A stretch of DNA of 64,000 nucleotides from an uncultured Acidobacteriota bacterium (GCA_963720925.1 CAVRHE010000007.1:976603-1040602), one strand, 5' to 3'; shown: positions 37,090-46,009, numbered from the stretch's first letter. Notes: generated from the letters alone by a model not told the origin. Numbers and translations are program-made.

Positions 37090-39098
37090 TGCTGGCCTTT
37101 CTCGGATCGGCCGGAGTGATCGCAGCCCTCATCGGTTCGATCCTGCTGGTGTCCAGGGGCGTCCGCCTCGCCCGTGGCGGCGAGGGTGACCTGCGCGCAC
37201 CTGGCAAACTCGTCCTGGCAGGAGCGGTCATTTCGATGGTCGCGATGCAGGTGGCCCTGCTCACGGACGACTTCAGCCTGGCCTACGTGGCCAACCATCA
37301 CTCGAGCAACACGCCGTTTCCTTTCGACGTCGCCACGGCCTGGGCAGCTCTCGAGGGCTCGATCATCCTGTGGGGATTGGTCCTTGCCGTCTTCACCTGG
37401 GTGGTGGCGCGGCGGGCACCCGATCGACTGGGAGCGGCAGCCGTCGCCGTGATGGGAGGAGTAGGTGTCTTCTTCTTCGGCCTCATGCTCACTGTGGCCA
37501 ACCCCTTCGAAGTGTGTGTGGATGCCCTGACCACCGGTTGCGCCGCCTCGAGCGCCTGGCCCTTCAACCCGGTCGAGGTGCCCGTCAACGGACCGGGGCC
37601 AAACCCGCTTCTCCAGAACCACTTCCTGATGGCGGTGCACCCGCCGGTGCTGTACATCGGCTACGTCGGGCTCACCGTGCCATTCGCCTATGCGATCGGC
37701 GCCCTGGCACTCGGGGTGCCGGGTCCTGAGTGGTTGCGGCGCAGCCACCGCTCGACCTTGGTTGCCTGGTCGTTCCTGACCCTCGGGATCACCCTTGGCG
37801 GGTGGTGGGCCTATGAAGTTCTCTCCTGGGGCGGATACTGGGCCTGGGATCCGGTGGAGAACGCTTCCCTCATGCCATGGCTTGCCGCCACCGCCTTCAT
37901 CCACTCCGGGTTGGTCCAACAACGTCGAGGGATGCTCCAGGCATGGAACTTCGTCCTCGTGATCAGCGCCTTCGCCCTCACCATTCTCGGCACCTTCCTC
38001 ACCCGGTCGGGCACGATCAACTCCGTCCATTCATTCACTCAGTCCGCGATCGGGCCTGCGCTCCTCGGATTCCTGGTCTTGGTGCTGGTCGGATCCTTCA
38101 CCCTCTTCGCCATGCGGTCGCATCTGGTGGCGACGTCGCCGCGGATCGGGACATTCGTCTCACGTGAGGGCACTTTCCTGGTCAACAACCTGCTGCTGAC
38201 CGTCTACGCGTTTGTGGTGCTGATCGGCACCACCTACCCCCTCTTGCTCGAGGCCTTCACTGGGACCCAGGTCGGCGTTGGCGAGCCTTTCTTCAACCGC
38301 CTCGCAGTGCCACTGTCATTCATGCTGCTCCTGACGATGGGGTTCGGACCGGTCACCCCTTGGGGAGGTGCGCCGCCGGGGCTTCTCTGGCGCCGACTCC
38401 GATGGCCGACGATGATCGCCCTGGCCCTGGGTTTGGTCGTTGCTTTGACGGTGACTCGTGTCGCGTGGGTGACCCTCGCCATCGTCCTTGGCGTGTTCGT
38501 GGCGGCGGCGATTCTTGGGCTCCTTCTCGAACTGGCCCGAGCCCGGACAGACAAAACCGGGAATCCGCTCCGTCAGGAGGCGAGGACGGTCATCGGGAAC
38601 GATCAAGCGTTCTGGGCCGGCCAGCTCAGCCACATCGGTGTCGTCCTCGTCGCAGTCGGCATTGCGTTCGCAGCCAATCTCCCCCTCCACGCCGAGGCCG
38701 AGCTGACGCCGGGCGAGTCGGTCGAATTTGCGGGATACACACTCACCTACGACGCACCGTTCCGCCGCGAGGAGCCCAACCGTGTCGTCCAGGGTGCCCG
38801 CATCGAGGTCAGCCGCGACGACCGCATCATCACTGTCCTGGAGCCGAGTGCGAACTTCTACGACACCGAGATGGGCGGGATCATCACCCCGGCCGTGATG
38901 AGCCGGCCCGGCGGGGACCTCTACCTGACACTGAGGAGCCTCGATGACGAGAGAGTGCAGCTCGGTCTCGATACGTCGCCAATGATCTGGCTCTTGTGGC
39001 TCGGCGGTCTCACGACGGCCGCAGGTGGCTTTTGGTCACTCGCGGTGAGACGTCAGGGTCGGATTGCCGAAGAACCGCTGGTTCTGGCCGATGTCTGA
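37086..39098 (+). CDS. ccmF: Cytochrome c-type biogenesis protein CcmF (heme lyase subunit)
   Basis: 670 aa, polytopic, with the WWD motif WGGYWAWDPVEN. Confidence 0.9.
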   Translation: MMLAFLGSAGVIAALIGSILLVSRGVRLARGGEGDLRAPGKLVLAGAVISMVAMQVALLTDDFSLAYVANHHSSNTPFPFDVATAWAALEGSIILWGLVLAVFTWVVARRAPDRLGAAAVAVMGGVGVFFFGLMLTVANPFEVCVDALTTGCAASSAWPFNPVEVPVNGPGPNPLLQNHFLMAVHPPVLYIGYVGLTVPFAYAIGALALGVPGPEWLRRSHRSTLVAWSFLTLGITLGGWWAYEVLSWGGYWAWDPVENASLMPWLAATAFIHSGLVQQRRGMLQAWNFVLVISAFALTILGTFLTRSGTINSVHSFTQSAIGPALLGFLVLVLVGSFTLFAMRSHLVATSPRIGTFVSREGTFLVNNLLLTVYAFVVLIGTTYPLLLEAFTGTQVGVGEPFFNRLAVPLSFMLLLTMGFGPVTPWGGAPPGLLWRRLRWPTMIALALGLVVALTVTRVAWVTLAIVLGVFVAAAILGLLLELARARTDKTGNPLRQEARTVIGNDQAFWAGQLSHIGVVLVAVGIAFAANLPLHAEAELTPGESVEFAGYTLTYDAPFRREEPNRVVQGARIEVSRDDRIITVLEPSANFYDTEMGGIITPAVMSRPGGDLYLTLRSLDDERVQLGLDTSPMIWLLWLGGLTTAAGGFWSLAVRRQGRIAEEPLVLADV

Positions 39099-40098
39099 GC
39101 GAAGTCGCAACGTCGCCTCTGTCGCCGTGATCATTGTGATGGCGGTGGCGTTGATCCTGATCACGTCGACCAGACCGGCCAGCGTGGACCGGGTGGAGCA
39201 GATCGGGACGCGCATCAAGTGCCCGGTGTGCCAGGGAGAGTCGATCGCCAACTCCCCGTCACAGATGGCGGAAGACATGATGGACCTCGTATCAGAACGG
39301 GTCTCCGCAGGTGTTCCCGACCAGGAGATTGTCGACGAGCTCCTGGGCTCGTATACCGGGGCCGTGCTCCTCGACCCGCCGGCGTCCGGCGCCACCCTCA
39401 TGCTTTGGCTGACACCTTTGGTCGTCCTGGTACTCGGCATAGCGGTGATCCTGTGGTGGCGGCGCCATCCGGGCTCGGGGGACGCCGAGGAGCCGGCTCC
39501 TCCCGAGCGAAGCAGGACCCGACTGATCATCGGTGGTGCGGTCCTGGTACTGGTCTTCGCCGGAATCGTGGTCGTCGCCGCCAACTCACTCCAGGATCGC
39601 CCGGCCGCGGCCGCCGGGGCGGCGGCCATCGACGAGCAGGATTTGTCCGACGTGAGCAACGAGACAATGGAGGCGGTCATCGTTGCCAACGCCGACGATC
39701 CGCAGGTCAACGGGATGCGTCTCGCTCTGGCGGAGCGTTACTACGACGCAGGCGACTATCGCTCGGCGTTTCCCCACTATCTGGTGGTGGCCGAAGACCC
39801 CAACGCCACCGAAGCCCAGGCGATCACGGCATTGGTGCGTCTCGGCTGGATGGCCTATGCGGGCAATGGTGAGGTGGAGACCGCCACCCGTCTCATCGAT
39901 GAGGCATTGGCCATCGACCCCGAATCGTCCGTGGCCCGCTACGTGCGGGCACGAGTCGTCTGGTGCGGGACCGGCGATACCGAGCAGGCGATCGAGACAT
40001 TCGATGATCTTCTCGCCGATCCGGATGTGGCCGCCGAGACCCGGACCCAGATCGAGGCAGATCTCGAACTGGCTCGTGGCGGAGGTGAGTGCCCATGA
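39091..40098 (+). CDS. ccmH: CcmH with C-terminal TPR (CcmI-like) extension
   Basis: [14 protein letters not shown] (CxxC motif), a TM, then a TPR-like region ([17 protein letters not shown]...). ATG 39091 overlaps the ccmF stop. The track start 39064 is also possible. Confidence 0.82.
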   Translation: MSERSRNVASVAVIIVMAVALILITSTRPASVDRVEQIGTRIKCPVCQGESIANSPSQMAEDMMDLVSERVSAGVPDQEIVDELLGSYTGAVLLDPPASGATLMLWLTPLVVLVLGIAVILWWRRHPGSGDAEEPAPPERSRTRLIIGGAVLVLVFAGIVVVAANSLQDRPAAAAGAAAIDEQDLSDVSNETMEAVIVANADDPQVNGMRLALAERYYDAGDYRSAFPHYLVVAEDPNATEAQAITALVRLGWMAYAGNGEVETATRLIDEALAIDPESSVARYVRARVVWCGTGDTEQAIETFDDLLADPDVAAETRTQIEADLELARGGGECP

Positions 40099-40689
40099 CG
40101 GGAAAGGTCCTGCGCTGGACGGGGCTGGCCGTCGTGGGCGGCACAGTGGTCCTGGCCGTGGTTCTGGCCAGCCGTTTCGGGAGCGACCCCGGCCTGGTCG
40201 ACTCTCCTTTGATCGGGAAGCCGGCTCCCGAATTCGAGTTGGCCGGCCTCGACGGCTTGGAAGGCGCTTCCCTATCCGATCTCCGCGGCGACATCGTCGT
40301 GGTCAATTTCTTCGCGTCCTGGTGCCTGGAGTGTCGCGACGAGCACAATGACCTGGTCGCAGCGTCTGAGTCGTTTGCCGATGAGGACGTCACGTTCGTG
40401 CAGGTGGCCTACCAGGAGGAGGCAGCCGAGACGCTGCGATTACCTGGGCCAAGCCGGGGCCTCCGAGAGCACGATGTATCTGGCCGATCCGGGGAGCCGG
40501 ACTGCCATCGCGTACGGCGTCTTCGGGATTCCCGAGACCTTCTTCATCGACCCGGAGGGGACGGTGGTGGGAAAGATCATCGGCGAGGCCGACGCCCTCA
40601 TCCTCGGGGCGACCATCGACTCGATCCGAAACGGCGAGCAGCCGGGTCAGAAGATCACCGGTGACACCCAGCAACGGCCCGACGCCTAG
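40095..40689 (+). pseudogene. ccmG: Thiol:disulfide interchange protein CcmG/DsbE with one frame break
   Basis: Frame A has a [11 protein letters not shown] and [13 protein letters not shown] (CxxC) ...[11 protein letters not shown]. Frame B continues [41 protein letters not shown]. Junction near 40436-40442. Confidence 0.85.
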
Positions 40690-42083
40690 TCGGGGAGGAT
40701 GACCTCCAGGCTGACCTCCTCGAATGCCGAGGTGTCCAGGGCGGCGGAGCCGGTGCCGAGAAGGTAGACGTCGAAGAATCCGACCAGGTATCGGTCGATG
40801 ATGGGGATGATGCGTCCGGCCGGGATCGGCCCCTTCCAACCAAATCTCGCCCCCAGAGGCGAGAGAAGTGGCATGCCGACGAAGTCGGTCTCTGCGGTCC
40901 CCTCCACGCCAATCCAGTAGCTGGTGGATGTCGATCGCTCGGCGATCCCGCGCAGGATTGCGTCGTTCTCGGTTCCCCTCCAGTCATCCGACCTCATGTA
41001 AAGGGCGGGTCGGGCCGCCGAGATGGCCAGGACCCGATCGGGAATCGGCTCCACCCACGGGTCGAGGCCGAGCACCGCGTCGCATCGCTCATCCTCCAAG
41101 CAGAATTGCACCGCGGCGCCACCTCCGGTCTCATTTCCGTAGACGCCGAGCCGGGTCAGGTCGACGCTCTCGGCAAGGGCGCCGAAGGGCCCATTGGGCC
41201 CTGCCTCCAGCGAATTGGCGACCGTCACGATGTCCTGCGAGAAAACATCCACCAACGCCTCGATGGCCTCGGCGTAGACCTCTTCCCCTACTTCGGCTGG
41301 ATCCGGAATGGCCGCCGGGTCGTAGTCGACGACTTCGTCATCGGGGAATCGGGTAGCGACCGCCCCGTAGGTGTGGTCGATGGCAACGACGATGAAGCCA
41401 TTGCTCACCAGACTCTCGATCTGGTGGACGGAGTTGGTTCGAAACCCGGTCCAACCATGGCTGTAGATGACAACCGGAAAGGTTCCGGGGGCGACCGGAA
41501 TCGAGCTTCCGCCGTGGGACGAGCTGTACTTGGTGTGACTCAGGAACCAGCCCGGGAAACCCATCAGCGTCGAGACTCCGGGGGCGACGATGTCCCAGTC
41601 CTCGCTCCAGAGCACCGGGTCTACCTCACCCTGGTCGAGCGCCGGATACCAAACCTGCGCCATCAGACGTCGCCCGGGTCCGGGCGAAGGCCCGTAGACC
41701 TCCTCGCGCTCCGAATCCGCCAATTCCACTGTGACGGTGCCGATGGGCTCGGGTCCGGTGGGCACGGGCAATTCGGGAACGGGCAAGACCAGAGGCAGGA
41801 TCGCACCCAAGGCCACACCGGCAAGACCAAAGATGCCCCGGGAAATACGACGGGTCCAGTCGAGCCGGCGCTCGACGGCGAGGATGTCGCCAATCGCCAG
41901 GCCGAAGGCGGCCCCGTAGACCGGGATCATCTGCCACCGCAGCCCCTCCGCTTGCCAGTGCACGATGAACAGAGCGATGAGCAGCGCGGCGACGATTCCT
42001 CGCCGGGTCCGCACCCCGAACACAGCCGGCCAGGCGACGGCAAACGCCTCTGCGAAGATCAGAAAGAGCTCGAAACGCCTCAA
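40686..42083 (-). CDS. Membrane-anchored PAF-acetylhydrolase-like alpha/beta-fold protein (non-canonical nucleophile position)
   Basis: 465 aa with about four N-terminal TM helices. Oxyanion-region-like VVIYSHGWTGFRT. The expected elbow reads GVYGNETGGGAA instead of G-H-S-x-G-G. Confidence 0.6.
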   Translation of the reverse strand: MRRFELFLIFAEAFAVAWPAVFGVRTRRGIVAALLIALFIVHWQAEGLRWQMIPVYGAAFGLAIGDILAVERRLDWTRRISRGIFGLAGVALGAILPLVLPVPELPVPTGPEPIGTVTVELADSEREEVYGPSPGPGRRLMAQVWYPALDQGEVDPVLWSEDWDIVAPGVSTLMGFPGWFLSHTKYSSSHGGSSIPVAPGTFPVVIYSHGWTGFRTNSVHQIESLVSNGFIVVAIDHTYGAVATRFPDDEVVDYDPAAIPDPAEVGEEVYAEAIEALVDVFSQDIVTVANSLEAGPNGPFGALAESVDLTRLGVYGNETGGGAAVQFCLEDERCDAVLGLDPWVEPIPDRVLAISAARPALYMRSDDWRGTENDAILRGIAERSTSTSYWIGVEGTAETDFVGMPLLSPLGARFGWKGPIPAGRIIPIIDRYLVGFFDVYLLGTGSAALDTSAFEEVSLEVILPD

Positions 42084-42113
42084 GGGCGATCGAGCCTATG
42101 ACCCCCTCTGGGG

Positions 42114-42530
42114 CTATGGCCGTGAGCTGTCATAGAGCCGGTTGTGGACCCTGGTCCCCTGATGGAACACGATCTGCCACCCCGGCTCCCGACGAAGCCA
42201 GATCGAGCTGCGGCGTGTCTCCTTGCCCTCGCTCCCAATCGTCCGATAGGTGACGAGGGCCACCTCGGGAGTGAGCTCCCGGACGTCGAAATCTCGGATC
42301 CTTACTAAGCCGGGTGCCTCTCGAATCATCATCTGCACCATCATCTCCTTGGTGTAGACCCTGCCGCTGCTGCCGTACTCGACGAAATCCCGGTGCAGCA
42401 AGGGAATGACGGCTTGCGGCGACGCCCGCACGGTCGGGTCGAGTAGGCGCTGCTCCAGTTCGAGCAGCTCGTCACGCCAGTACGGTGACTTGGCCGGTTT
42501 CTTGAGACTCATCTCCCACATATCGGTCAT
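42114..42530 (-). CDS. SnoaL/DUF4440-like (NTF2 fold) protein
   Basis: 138 aa. ...LHRDFVEYGSSGRVYTK...VALVTYRT...SSIWLRREPGWQIVFHQGT resembles the DUF4440 pattern. Confidence 0.6.
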   Translation of the reverse strand: MTDMWEMSLKKPAKSPYWRDELLELEQRLLDPTVRASPQAVIPLLHRDFVEYGSSGRVYTKEMMVQMMIREAPGLVRIRDFDVRELTPEVALVTYRTIGSEGKETRRSSIWLRREPGWQIVFHQGTRVHNRLYDSSRP

Positions 42531-42594
42531 CCAAGGGCTGGCCTGTCGGCCCTTGCACCGGAGGCCACGATTCGCTCGTTACACTCGATCACCC

Positions 42595-43053
42595 GTGAAA
42601 TCGACGCTGTACTTCGCTTACGCATCCTTCCTCGACCCGGACAGAATTGCCGCCGTCTCTCCGGGCGCGAGGTTCTTGTTCACGGCCCATTTCCCGGAGA
42701 CGAGGCTCGTTTTTGTCGACTCCGACGAGGCAAAGGGACTGCCCTCGCTCGTCGCCGAGTCCGGCCACACCGTCTGGGGCGGCATCTTCGACGTCCCCCA
42801 GAACGAGATCGGAGCCCTCACCGACGCCGAGGAGGGCGAAGGGCGGGTCGCCGACTGGGATGTCAAGGCGGTCGATCGCGAGGGGAACAAGCACGACTGC
42901 CTCACCTTCGTGGCCAAGGCCTCACCCAACGGCGAGCACCACCCCGAACAAGGTCACCTGGACTCGATGATCAAGGGCGCCCGGCACTGGTCGCTACCGG
43001 CCGGATGGGTGATGGGCCTCGAAGATCTTGGAGAAGACCCGCTCTTCTCCTGA
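42595..43053 (+). CDS. Gamma-glutamylcyclotransferase (AIG2/GGCT-like) family protein
   Basis: Starting at GTG 42595 gives VKSTLYFAYASFLDPDRI...VWGGIFDV.... The upstream part of the track ORF is antisense to 42114-42530. Confidence 0.6.
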   Translation: MKSTLYFAYASFLDPDRIAAVSPGARFLFTAHFPETRLVFVDSDEAKGLPSLVAESGHTVWGGIFDVPQNEIGALTDAEEGEGRVADWDVKAVDREGNKHDCLTFVAKASPNGEHHPEQGHLDSMIKGARHWSLPAGWVMGLEDLGEDPLFS

Positions 43054-43055
43054 GA

Positions 43056-43741
43056 TCAGGTGTCTGTCACTTCGACGACTTCCACCTTGTCCACCGCCCC
43101 GGGCGATACGGCGGGGAACAGCCGGTACAGCCCCCAGGCGACGATCCCGCCACCAGCGGGAACACGATGTAGACCCACAGCTGATCGAAGTCGCCCGAAA
43201 CCACCGCGGGCCCAAATGACCGAGCTGGGTTCACCGATGCACCGGAGAACGGGATGCCGGCCAGATGGACCCCGACCAGGCTCAGGGCAATGGCGGCCGG
43301 CGCATGGCTCCGTCCGGTCTTGGTGACAGCCATGATCACCCAGACGAACACCGTGGTGAGGATTATCTCCATCAGGATCCCGGTGGAGAGCACAGGGGAG
43401 CTGGTGACCGTTCTCGCCACATCCTCTTGGCTGGTGGCCGTCATCACTACCAGCGAGCCGACCGTGGCTCCTGCGAACTGAGCGACCCAATAACCGACCG
43501 CGTCCCCGAACGACGTCCGGCCGTCGATCAGCAGCGCCAGGGTGACCGCTGGGTTGAAATGAGCGCCGGAAACATGGGCCACCGCCCAGATGCCGGCCAG
43601 CAGTGCCAGTCCGAAGGCAAATGAGATAGCAACGATCTCGGCCGCTCCGACCGCGCCACCAACGGCGAGGATCCCCATGGATCCAAAGAAGACCAGGACG
43701 AAGGTCCCCAGGAACTCGGCCAGGTACTTGTTGACGACCAT
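43056..43741 (-). pseudogene. aqpZ: Aquaporin/MIP-family channel with a frame break near the C-terminus
   Basis: Two NPA boxes (HFNPAVT, VNPARS). After ...WVYIVFPLV the natural continuation GGIVAWGLYRLFPAVSPGAVDKVEVVEVTDT is in another frame. Junction about 43150-43165. Confidence 0.85.
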
Positions 43742-43879
43742 ACGAGCATTCCTCCTCTTGGTTCCGCTGGTTCGACCCGCAAGCCGCCGCGAAGGTTTCA
43801 GACGAAGCTCAGGCTATGCGGCGCCGCGACGAGCCCGCTGGATTTTCCGATGTGAGGTGACCTCATACGATCCCCGTGG

Positions 43880-44836
43880 ATGGACGCGTCAATCCCCCTT
43901 TACTCGCTCCAGCAAGGCTCGACGTTGGAGCGGTTCTTGTCGTTGCCGTACTCGATCAACGACGAGGTGGCTGACGACCTCGAGGCAGGTCGGCGCAGGC
44001 TCGATTGGATGTGGGTTGCCGAGATCGACGGGCGCGTGGTCGCCAGGGTGGCGTGGTGGTCCAACCCTGCCAGCAGTACGCCGGCGCTGCTCGACATCTT
44101 CGACATTCACGACGCACGTGATCCGGTGGATCTGGACGCGGCCCGACAATTGTTGCTGGCTGCAACCGCTCGGGTCGTCGGTGTCGACATCCGCCCACCC
44201 GGATATCTGCGCTTCGTCCGACCTGACTGGCGCGATGACGATGACGCCCGTGCGGAGACGGAGTCGCTGATGGCCATCACAGCCAGCACCGGCGCCCGGC
44301 TCTTCGTCGAGCGACGCCGGCTGGAGTGGCGCGCCGGAACACCGATTCCGCCCCGTAGCGGTCGGCTGCGATTCCGATCACCTCACGACGACGACGAGGT
44401 CGTGCAACTGATGACCGAGGTCATCCCGGGGAGCCTTGACGCGCATACTCGTCTTGACCTCGAGTCGATGTCCGCGGCAGAGGCGGCACGCCAGCATTTC
44501 GATGGCGAGATCGCCGAGCAGGTCAGCCCGCGGTCGAACTGGCGAATCGCGATGGATCATGACGACGACGTCGTCGGATTCGTCACACCCGGACACAATC
44601 ACTATCACCCGGTCATCGGTTATGTGGCCGTGCTCCCCCGGCACCGCGGGCAGGGCTACATCAACGACATCCTCAACGAAGGCGTGGCTGTGCTCGCGGC
44701 GACGGGGGTGGACCACATTCGAGCGGCAACCGACCTGACCAATGCGCCGATGGGTGACGCCTTCGATCGGAACGGCTGGACCGAGTTCGAGCGTTCGATC
44801 AACATGGCCTGGGAGACGCCGATCCAGCGATCCTGA
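43880..44836 (+). CDS. GNAT-family N-acetyltransferase (two-lobed)
   Basis: 318 aa with the acetyl-CoA motif GYVAVLPRHRGQGY in the C-terminal lobe. Confidence 0.7.
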   Translation: MDASIPLYSLQQGSTLERFLSLPYSINDEVADDLEAGRRRLDWMWVAEIDGRVVARVAWWSNPASSTPALLDIFDIHDARDPVDLDAARQLLLAATARVVGVDIRPPGYLRFVRPDWRDDDDARAETESLMAITASTGARLFVERRRLEWRAGTPIPPRSGRLRFRSPHDDDEVVQLMTEVIPGSLDAHTRLDLESMSAAEAARQHFDGEIAEQVSPRSNWRIAMDHDDDVVGFVTPGHNHYHPVIGYVAVLPRHRGQGYINDILNEGVAVLAATGVDHIRAATDLTNAPMGDAFDRNGWTEFERSINMAWETPIQRS

Positions 44837-44924
44837 CGTCGAATCGTGCGGAGTAGGGTTCGGGGTTCATGGCCTCCGATCCGGCGCTTGCGTCGGCTAT
44901 GAGTGTCATGAGAACCACAGGATT

Positions 44925-45225
44925 GGAGTGTTCCCCTTCGGGGGTGCGCTCCTTTCCTGTTCCGGACGTCCCGCGCTGGACGGAAACCCCCCGGTGGTAG
45001 GCCCGGGAGGTTTCCCTATTGGGACTCGGGGAGCCGCCGGAAGGAGAGGGGCGGCGCAGGCTCCCATCGTCCCGCTATTACTTTCCCGAAAGCGTCCGGT
45101 GGGAATCGGTTTCCAGTCAAACTCCAGAAGATCCCGAAATAGGGGAAAAGCCAACAAACCCGGAGGTTCGTTGGCCTTTCCTTACTGATTGCTTACCCGG
45201 ATGCGTTCAGGTCCAAACCGATTGT
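44925..45225 (-). ncRNA. Candidate structured non-coding RNA, unclassified
   Basis: A 440-nt CDS-free gap containing five strong hairpins. Two of them (45144-45181 and 44982-45015), plus the adjacent rnpB-terminator hairpin, have G-U pairs on the minus strand that become A-C mismatches on the plus strand. A 9-bp long-range stem joins 45104-45112 and 45215-45223. Confidence 0.45.
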
Positions 45226-45249
45226 GAAACGACCGGTCGGGAAGAAAGG

Positions 45250-45275
45250 CCAAACCCCCGGTCAAGGGGGTTCGG
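45250..45275 (-). terminator. Hairpin immediately 3' of rnpB (possible terminator)
   Basis: Minus strand reads CCGAACCCCC-TTGACC-GGGGGTTTGG, 10 bp with one G-U, followed by CCTTTCTTCCC. It starts 1 nt after the rnpB P1 3' strand. Confidence 0.5.
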
Positions 45276-45276
45276 C

Positions 45277-45625
45277 GTGGTGAGTCCGCCTGTAAGCCGG
45301 ATTCTGTCGAGGACGACCATCCATCTGGGCACACCGTTGCCGATGTGCTCGTGCGGCCTACCCGGGACTCGATCGACGGGCCGCCGACGTCCCTGCTTGG
45401 CCTTGCTCCGGGTGGGGTTTGCCGAGCCGTCGCAGTCGCCTGCGACGCTGGTGAGCTCTTACCTCACCGTTTCACCCTTGCCTGTGCCCTCTCGGGCCAT
45501 CGGCGGTCTGCTCTCTGCTGCACTTTCCGTCGGGTCACCCCGCCTGGGAGTTACCCAGCACCCTGCCCTATGGAGTCCGGACTTTCCTCGGTCTTGCGAC
45601 CGCGGTCGCCCGGCGGACTCACCAC
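45277..45625 (-). ncRNA. rnpB: RNase P RNA, bacterial type A
   Basis: Minus strand contains GAGGAAAGTCCGGACTCC, GGGTGAAACGGTGAGGTAAGAGCTCACC, GCAAACCCCACCCGGAGCAAGG and ACAGAATCCGGCTTAC. P1 pairs GTGGTGAGTCCGCC (5') with GGCGGACTCACCAC (3'). Confidence 0.93.
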
Positions 45626-45631
45626 CTCATT

Positions 45632-46009
45632 CTACGAGCTGTCTCGCTTTCGTCGACCGGCCAGCCAACCGGTCAGGCCGGCTATGACCGCGGCGACGAG
45701 CGCCAGCCAGATCACCGACAGGGTCGGCGCCGGGCTGCCCCCCATTCTTGCCACGAAGACGATGAGCGCGGCGAGGAGGAGACCGGTTACGGCGCCATGG
45801 AACCGCTCCGAGTGACGGGCCATGTGCCCGGAAACCCAGCCGGCCACGGCCAAACCCACCACCACGCCGGCAACGAGGCCGATATCGGCCCCGCCATCGA
45901 CTCCCGCCACGGCGAGCAGCCCGCTCAGTACCAGAGCGACGATGGTCGCGGCCAGGCCTCCGGCCCCGAGGCCGAGACCGATCGCCACGATGTTCAGAGC
46001 GGCCAGCAT
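45632..46009 (-). CDS. Hypothetical membrane protein
   Basis: Starting at ATG 46009 gives MLAALNIVAIGLGLGAGG... with four Gly/Ala/Val-rich helices. Start uncertain. Confidence 0.45.
   Translation of the reverse strand: MLAALNIVAIGLGLGAGGLAATIVALVLSGLLAVAGVDGGADIGLVAGVVVGLAVAGWVSGHMARHSERFHGAVTGLLLAALIVFVARMGGSPAPTLSVIWLALVAAVIAGLTGWLAGRRKRDSS

Noticed and set aside
37074-38030. 318-aa minus-strand ORF (and 41106-42101 +, 46071-46970 -, 54893-55873 -, 56810-57724 -)
   Set aside because: All are antisense to strongly supported genes (ccmF, the hydrolase, otsA, the proline-racemase-like gene and the sigma factor).
44900-45276. Possibility that the structured region is tmRNA, SRP RNA, 6S RNA, a riboswitch or a group II intron remnant
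   Set aside because: There is no tRNA-like 3' end (…UCCACCA context) and no tag ORF. The SRP domain IV sequence (GGUCCGGAAGGAAGCAGCC) is only loosely mimicked. The region is not a single long rod like 6S RNA. There is no downstream same-strand gene for a riboswitch and no domain V consensus. It is left unclassified.
44742-45687. ORFs 44742-45188 (+), 44906-45157 (-), 45019-45687 (+) and 45345-45815 (+)
   Set aside because: They overlap rnpB and the hairpin-rich region, their sequences are low-complexity and non-protein-like, and the RNA explanation is much stronger.
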